Positions 46,359 through 51,581 of a stretch of DNA of 51,581 nt are shown here, one piece after another; the stretch's first letter is position 1; the number at the start of each line of letters is the position of its first letter. The notes beneath the pieces are model-generated. The model had not been told where the DNA came from and did not search any database. It saw only the letters and a program-made list of their open reading frames with translations. The translations under genes and the position numbers were made by a program. Source of the DNA: Candidatus Krumholzibacteriota bacterium (GTDB lineage Bacteria; Krumholzibacteriota; Krumholzibacteriia; LZORAL124-64-63); contig JBDLKA010000015.1 in NCBI GenBank assembly GCA_039714075.1, forward strand, positions 1-51,581, read 5' to 3'.

Positions 46359-47891
46359 ATGAAACGAATTTTGCACATTTCACTGGCCCTGTTCCTGATC
46401 CTGGCCGCCCCGGCTCTGGCCCAAGACGGGCAGGATCACGGGCATGACCACTCCACGACCCCGGACGGTCACGGCGACGCCCACGCTCACGACGCCGAAA
46501 CGCCCAGCGTCGCGGTTACGCAATGGACGGAATCCATGGAACTGTTCATGGAGCATCCGGTGCTTTTGACCGGCCATTCCGCTCGATTCATCATTCACCT
46601 GACAATCCTGGATGGTTTCCAGCCTGTCAGAGAGGGTTCCGTATCGCTCCTTTTCCGGGGACCCACCGGGGCCAGTCACAGGGTCTTTGCCAGTGAACTG
46701 CTCAGGGATGGGATCTTTACCCCATCGGTCAGCTTGCCGCGGGCCGGTGCTTACGAATTCGAGCTCAGCTACAGCGGACCAGGCGCCACCAGTACGTTCC
46801 ACATCCAGGATTTCGTCGTTTACGCCGATGCGGACGCCATCCCGGGCGAGACCGCGGCGGAAACGGCCGACGAGATCGCCTTCCTCAAGGAACAGCAGTG
46901 GAAAATCCCCTTCGCGACCTCTCCGGCTACGGAACGAGAGATCAAAAGCGCCGGGTGGGCGATCGGTGAGGTCCTGCCTTCGCCGACGGCCTACGCGGAA
47001 ATTGTCGCTCCCGTCGACGGTGTCATTCAGGCCGGTGACGCCGGTGATCTGGCCCTGCCTGGCTCATATGTCACCAGGGGCGAAGTCGTGGCACGGATTG
47101 CGCCGCCGCTCCAGGGGGACGGCTGGGCATCATCACAACTGGCCCTCGCCCAGGCGGAGCGGAACTTCGAGCGTGCCGAACGGCTGCGCGAGAAGGACGC
47201 CATCTCGACTCGCGAATACGAGGAAGCCCAGAACGAATACCTGGCGCGCAAAGCCGGTCATCAGCGTCTGGCCGGCAGCGGCAACGACGGCATCCTGAGT
47301 TTGACCGCACCCATCAACGGTCAAGTCATCGACTGGCAGGTACGCCCCGGCCAACGCCTCCAGGCCGGTGACAAGTTGATGGCCATCGCCGATCCGAGCG
47401 CCGTCTGGCTCAAGGTCAATGTCTATGAAAACGACTACCGGCGCCTGGGAACGCCCGTGGGAGCCTACGTACATTCCGGCGGCGAAGTTGAAGGATGGGC
47501 GATTCCCGAGTCCGACATGAGGGTTCTGACGACAGGCGGGGCGCTGGATCCGGTGACACGCACCATCCCCGTTCTGATCGAGGTCACCAATACGGCGGGA
47601 CGACTGACCATCCATGAAACCACGCCGGTTGAGCTCTACGCGAGCGAAGGCGCCATGGCCACGGCCGTGCCGCGGTCGGCCGTCTATGAGGACGAGGGGC
47701 TGGATGTGGTCTTCGTCCAGTCCAGCGGCGAATCGTTCGCCAAGCGGGTCGTCGAAGTAGGCCCCCGCCACGCCGGCTGGGTCAGCATCCTGGCAGGCAT
47801 CCAACCGGGGGAGCGCGTCGTAACCAGGGGCGGCTATCACGTGAAACTCGCCTCCACTTCTGCGGAGATCGGTCACGGCCACGCGCACTGA
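46359..47891 (+). CDS. RND periplasmic adaptor (CzcB-like) with His-rich ends and an extra N-terminal domain
   Basis: AGGAG RBS; 'DHGHDH...HGDAHAHD'; 'LTAPINGQV', 'LDPVTRT', 'GIQPGERVVTRGG'; C-terminal HGHAH. Confidence 0.9.
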   Translation: MKRILHISLALFLILAAPALAQDGQDHGHDHSTTPDGHGDAHAHDAETPSVAVTQWTESMELFMEHPVLLTGHSARFIIHLTILDGFQPVREGSVSLLFRGPTGASHRVFASELLRDGIFTPSVSLPRAGAYEFELSYSGPGATSTFHIQDFVVYADADAIPGETAAETADEIAFLKEQQWKIPFATSPATEREIKSAGWAIGEVLPSPTAYAEIVAPVDGVIQAGDAGDLALPGSYVTRGEVVARIAPPLQGDGWASSQLALAQAERNFERAERLREKDAISTREYEEAQNEYLARKAGHQRLAGSGNDGILSLTAPINGQVIDWQVRPGQRLQAGDKLMAIADPSAVWLKVNVYENDYRRLGTPVGAYVHSGGEVEGWAIPESDMRVLTTGGALDPVTRTIPVLIEVTNTAGRLTIHETTPVELYASEGAMATAVPRSAVYEDEGLDVVFVQSSGESFAKRVVEVGPRHAGWVSILAGIQPGERVVTRGGYHVKLASTSAEIGHGHAH

Positions 47892-47922
47892 CCGACGGAC
47901 TGGTGAAATGAAAGGCTGAACA

Positions 47923-50900
47923 ATGTTGGACAAGCTGATGCAGACCAGTCTGCAAAACCGCCTGATCGTCCTGCTGGGAGCCCTGGCAACCTTCGGGATA
48001 GGCGCGTATATCACGCTCGAAATGCCCATCGATGTCTTTCCGGACCTGACGGCGCCGACGGTTTCAATCATGACCGAGGCTCACGGCATGGCTCCCGAGG
48101 AAGTTGAAATGCTCGTTACCTTCCCCATCGAGACTTCCGTCAACGGAGCCTCCGGGGTCCGGCGGGTGCGATCGAATTCAATCCAGGGGCTGTCCACGGT
48201 ATGGGTGGAATTCGACTGGGGAACGGACATCCATATCGCGCGGCAAATCGTCAATGAAAAGCTGCAGATCATGCGGAACACGCTGCCCGAAGGCGTGGAT
48301 CCACCGGTGCTGGCTCCGATCACGTCGATCATGGGCGAGATCATGCTGGTCGGCCTGACGGCCACGGAAACATCATCGATGGAGCTGCGCACCCTGGCGG
48401 ACTTCACGGTAGCCCGCCGGATCCAGTCGGTGCCGGGTGTGTCGCAGGTGCTCGTCTACGGCGGCGAAACCCAGCAGTATCAGGTCCAGGTGGACCCCTA
48501 CAAGGTCGCCGCACGGGGGCTGACATTGGCCCACGTCCTGAAGGCGGTCGCAGAATCGAACATCAACGCCACGGGCGGCGTGTTCGTCGAATCCGGACAG
48601 GAATTCCTGATTCGTGGTTTGGGGCGGGTCCGCAACGTAATGGACATCGAACGGACCGTCGTCAGCGTTCAGGACCGGGTGCCCGTCCTGGTCAAGGATG
48701 TGGCGGAAGTCACCGTTGCGCCGGCTTTCAAACTCGGTACGGCCTCTATCAGCAATCAGGACGGAGTCCTGTTGGTGGTGGCCAAGCAACCTGAGGCGAA
48801 CACCCTTGTCCTGACAGAGGAGATCCTGGCCGCCCTGGGCCGGATGGAAGACTCCCTGCCGCCGGACATCACCCTCCATACCGACATTTTCCGGCAGGCG
48901 GATTTCATCGAAGTGGCGGTGGACAACGTGGTCAAGGCGCTGCGCGACGGAGCGATCCTGGTCATGGTCATCCTCTTCCTGTTCCTCCTCAATGTGCGCA
49001 CGACCCTGATCTCCGTCGTGGCCATCCCGCTGTCCCTGGTCGTCGCATTCCTCGCCATGCGCATATTCGGATTTTCGGTCAACACCATGACCCTCGGCGG
49101 CATGGCCATCGCCATCGGAGTGCTCGTCGACGATGCCGTAATCTACGTCGAGAACGTCTACCGCCGGATCCGCCAGAACACCGGCCGTCCGGAACAGGAG
49201 AGACGTCCTTTCGACGAGGTCGTGGCCGGAGCTTCGAGCGAGATACGTTCGCCCATCGCCATGGCCACCTTCATCGTCATCGTGGTCTTCATTCCCTTGT
49301 TCTTCCTGGGCGGTATCGAGGGCCGCATGCTCAAACCCCTGGGGTTCGCCTACGTCGTGTCGATCCTGGCTTCGTTGCTGGTCGCCATGACCGTGACGCC
49401 GGCACTTTGTTCATTCCTGCTGCGGGGTGTCTCGCGCGACGAGAAGCGCCGCGAGAGTTGGCTCGTCCGGCACCTGAAATCCCTTTACGAACCGAGCCTG
49501 GGATACGTCCTGAAACATCGGGGAATCGTGATCAGCGGATCGGCGATACTGGTCGTCGCGGCGCTGGCAGTCCTTCCGTTCTTCGGCCGAGCCTTCCTGC
49601 CCGAGTTCAACGAGGGCACGTTCAACATCTCCATGGCCACCCTGCCGGGAACCTCGCTCCAGGAATCGGATGAGCTGGGCAGGATGCTCGAAACCATCCT
49701 TCTGGCCAACGACGCCGTGGTCTCGACGGCCCGCCGAACCGGCCGCACGGAACTGGACGAACATTCCCTGGGGTCGCACGCTCACGAACTCGAGGTTCAG
49801 CTGGATCTGTCCCGAAAGTCGAAAACCGAAGTCCTCGAGGAACTTCGCAGTGCTCTGATGTTGGTCCAGGGCACGAACATCACCATCGGCCAGCCTATTT
49901 CCCATCGCATCGACCACATGCTCTCGGGCACACGGGCCGCCATCGCCGTCAAGCTGTATGGCTCCGATCTATATGAACTGCGGAAGTTCGCTGAAAGCAT
50001 CCGGCAGGAAATGGTCGAGATCGAAGGCCTGGTCGATCTCTTCGTCGATCAGCAGACCGATGTGCCCCAGGTGAGGATCCAAGCCGACCGGGAGCGGATG
50101 GCCATGTATGGGCTGCGGCCGACCGACCTGGACGAGCTGATCGACTTGGCGTTTCTGGGTGTCACGACTTCCCAGGTCTACGACGGTGAGCACCGCCACG
50201 ACCTGGTCGTTCGCTTTGCCCCCCAGTATCGCGGCGATCTGGAATCCATCCGCAGAACCCTCATCGACACCCCTAACGGCGGTCCCATCCCGCTGGAGAT
50301 GGTCGCGGACATCCGCATCGACCGGGGGCCCAACTACATCAGCCGGGAGAACGTGCAACGCAAGATCGTGATCCAGGCCAACGTGGCCGGACGCGACCTT
50401 CGGGGCGCCGTCGAGGAGATCCGCGAGAAGATCGGCAACAACATCGACTTGCCGCAGGGCTACTTTGTCGAGTTCGGTGGTCAGTTCGAAAGTGAAGAAC
50501 GCGCCACCCGCACCGTGACCTGGTTGAGTCTCGTTTCGCTCATCGCCATCATGGTTGCCCTGTACCTCGAGTTCGGCAATTTCCGTCAGGCCACTCTGGT
50601 CATGGTCAACCTCCCCTTGGCGCTTATCGGCGGTATCGTGAGCGTTTTCCTGACCGAGGGCATCATTTCGATCGCTTCTTTGGTCGGGTTCATAACCCTG
50701 TTCGGCATTGCCGTGCGAAACGGAATCCTGATGGTCTCCCACTACAACCATCTTATGGATGAAGAGGGCGTTCCCTTGCGGACCGCGGTCATCCAGGGTT
50801 CGCTGGAACGATTGAGTCCCATTCTCATGACGGCCATGACAACCGGCCTGGCGCTGGTGCCCCTCGCCCTGGCCGGGGACAAGCCGGGGTCCGAACTGGA

Positions 50901-51009
50901 GTCCCCCATGGCGATCGTGATCCTGGGCGGGTTGGTCACGGCCACCTTCCTGAATCTGGTGGTTGTGCCGGCGTTGTTCTTGAAGTGGGGTCGAAAGGGA
51001 GGAGTCTGA
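47923..51009 (+). CDS. CusA/CzcA-family heavy-metal RND permease (AIG-DD-type TM4)
   Basis: 'MPIDVFPD', 'GGMAIAIGVLVDDAVIYVEN', 'ERLSPILMT'; 1028 aa. Confidence 0.93.
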   Translation: MLDKLMQTSLQNRLIVLLGALATFGIGAYITLEMPIDVFPDLTAPTVSIMTEAHGMAPEEVEMLVTFPIETSVNGASGVRRVRSNSIQGLSTVWVEFDWGTDIHIARQIVNEKLQIMRNTLPEGVDPPVLAPITSIMGEIMLVGLTATETSSMELRTLADFTVARRIQSVPGVSQVLVYGGETQQYQVQVDPYKVAARGLTLAHVLKAVAESNINATGGVFVESGQEFLIRGLGRVRNVMDIERTVVSVQDRVPVLVKDVAEVTVAPAFKLGTASISNQDGVLLVVAKQPEANTLVLTEEILAALGRMEDSLPPDITLHTDIFRQADFIEVAVDNVVKALRDGAILVMVILFLFLLNVRTTLISVVAIPLSLVVAFLAMRIFGFSVNTMTLGGMAIAIGVLVDDAVIYVENVYRRIRQNTGRPEQERRPFDEVVAGASSEIRSPIAMATFIVIVVFIPLFFLGGIEGRMLKPLGFAYVVSILASLLVAMTVTPALCSFLLRGVSRDEKRRESWLVRHLKSLYEPSLGYVLKHRGIVISGSAILVVAALAVLPFFGRAFLPEFNEGTFNISMATLPGTSLQESDELGRMLETILLANDAVVSTARRTGRTELDEHSLGSHAHELEVQLDLSRKSKTEVLEELRSALMLVQGTNITIGQPISHRIDHMLSGTRAAIAVKLYGSDLYELRKFAESIRQEMVEIEGLVDLFVDQQTDVPQVRIQADRERMAMYGLRPTDLDELIDLAFLGVTTSQVYDGEHRHDLVVRFAPQYRGDLESIRRTLIDTPNGGPIPLEMVADIRIDRGPNYISRENVQRKIVIQANVAGRDLRGAVEEIREKIGNNIDLPQGYFVEFGGQFESEERATRTVTWLSLVSLIAIMVALYLEFGNFRQATLVMVNLPLALIGGIVSVFLTEGIISIASLVGFITLFGIAVRNGILMVSHYNHLMDEEGVPLRTAVIQGSLERLSPILMTAMTTGLALVPLALAGDKPGSELESPMAIVILGGLVTATFLNLVVVPALFLKWGRKGGV

Positions 51010-51065
51010 TCGCGCCGCAAGCCGGTGGGAATCAAATGGATCCTATCTGGAATAATTACAAAAAT

Positions 51066-51092
51066 GACTCCCTCGAGTGAGGGGGTCTTTTT
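51066..51092 (+). terminator. Rho-independent terminator after RND operon 2
   Basis: GACTCCCTC-gagt-GAGGGGGTC-TTTTT. Confidence 0.8.
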
Positions 51093-51095
51093 GAT

Positions 51096-51112
51096 TGGTA
51101 GCCCCTAGGGGA
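51096..51112 (-). other. Isolated tRNA 3'-end fragment (tRNA-Glu-like), candidate att site
   Basis: Minus strand GGTTCG-catactg-TCCCCTAGGGGCTACCA followed by the hairpin; no 5' tRNA half nearby. Confidence 0.6.
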
Positions 51113-51370
51113 CAGTATGCGAACCATGCCAAAACACTCCGTTTTGGCCAGTATCCCCATGCCGTATTCCGATTATCTGGTTCTCCCCGAAAAAATGAAC
51201 GCGAAAATGCCATCACCGGGTTCATGTTGTTTCCGTCTTAACTAAGTCAGATAGATATGGTAGGATATGATTTTACTTCTCAAACAAGCCAAACTGGAGT
51301 TCGACGAACAAATAGAGACGCCTTGGTCAACGAAGCGTGAAGGAATTATATGGGAGGCAATGAAGAGGTT

Positions 51371-51581
51371 ATGTCTATTCAAGCTGGTCAGACGCTGTTG
51401 CACTACCGCCTTATCGCGAAAATCGGCGAAGGAGGCATGGGTGCGGTCTGGAAAGCCGAGGATACGAAGCTGCACCGCAATGTTGCGTTGAAGGTTCTCC
51501 CTGAAAGCATGGCGTCCGATCCGGAACGGCGGTCCCGATTCGAACGGGAGGCTCATGCCGTTGCGGCCCTGAACCATCCGA
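51371..51581 (+). CDS. Hanks-type Ser/Thr kinase, N-terminal fragment (runs off the window; absent from the ORF track)
   Basis: GAGG RBS; MSIQAGQTLLHYRLIAKIGEGGMGAVWKAEDTKLHRNVALKVLP...RFEREAHAVAALNHP. Confidence 0.92.
   Translation, partial: MSIQAGQTLLHYRLIAKIGEGGMGAVWKAEDTKLHRNVALKVLPESMASDPERRSRFEREAHAVAALNHP

Noticed and set aside
51040..51180. Complete tRNA gene
   Set aside because: Only the last 17 nt resemble a tRNA; the T-loop is interrupted and D and anticodon arms are not evident.
51242..51577. 111-aa minus-strand and 74-aa plus-strand ORFs
   Set aside because: Shadows of the kinase starting at 51371, which has clear subdomain I-III motifs.
1..51581. Transposases, integrases, prophage or defence genes
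   Set aside because: No such motifs recognised in any ORF.

Overview
High-GC bacterial chromosomal segment with about 39 genes. I found no complete RNA gene, CRISPR array or transposase. Secreted proteins with FlgD-Ig/T9SS-like 'PNPFNP' tails and with a short 'SWGxxKxx(Y/F)R' tail suggest an FCB-group candidate phylum (Krumholzibacteriota/Latescibacterota-like; inference). In order: arylsulfatase (partial), PagL-like barrel, deoD, a TonB-dependent receptor with a convergent six-gene TtpB-TtpC-ExbB-ExbD-TonB-TPR operon, a membrane TPR protein, an unusual lipid operon (degenerate CdsA, PlsC fused to a thymidylate-kinase-like domain, variant DAG kinase), a membrane-anchored wHTH-PD40 regulator between two secreted proteins, two tagged secreted paralogues with an ECF sigma/ZAS anti-sigma pair, XRE and double-HxlR modules, a membrane Ser/Thr kinase, two divergent heavy-metal RND operons around a giant transglutaminase-like protein and a secreted pentaheme cytochrome, and a partial Ser/Thr kinase. 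Best candidates for undescribed biology: (1) each RND operon starts with a small exported metal-binding ORF, one Cys-rich ending ...YHPPRG and one His-rich ending ...RAPPRLG, followed by a spacer that can base-pair over the tolC ribosome-binding site, suggesting metal-sensing ribosome-arrest leader peptides; (2) matching 4x11-bp direct-repeat arrays upstream of both genes flanking the wHTH-PD40 regulator; (3) the acyltransferase-kinase lipid operon; (4) the short C-terminal sorting-like tag; (5) two tRNA-3'-end-like att-type relics 22 kb apart. All family calls come from motif recognition by eye; no database searches or folding calculations were run.
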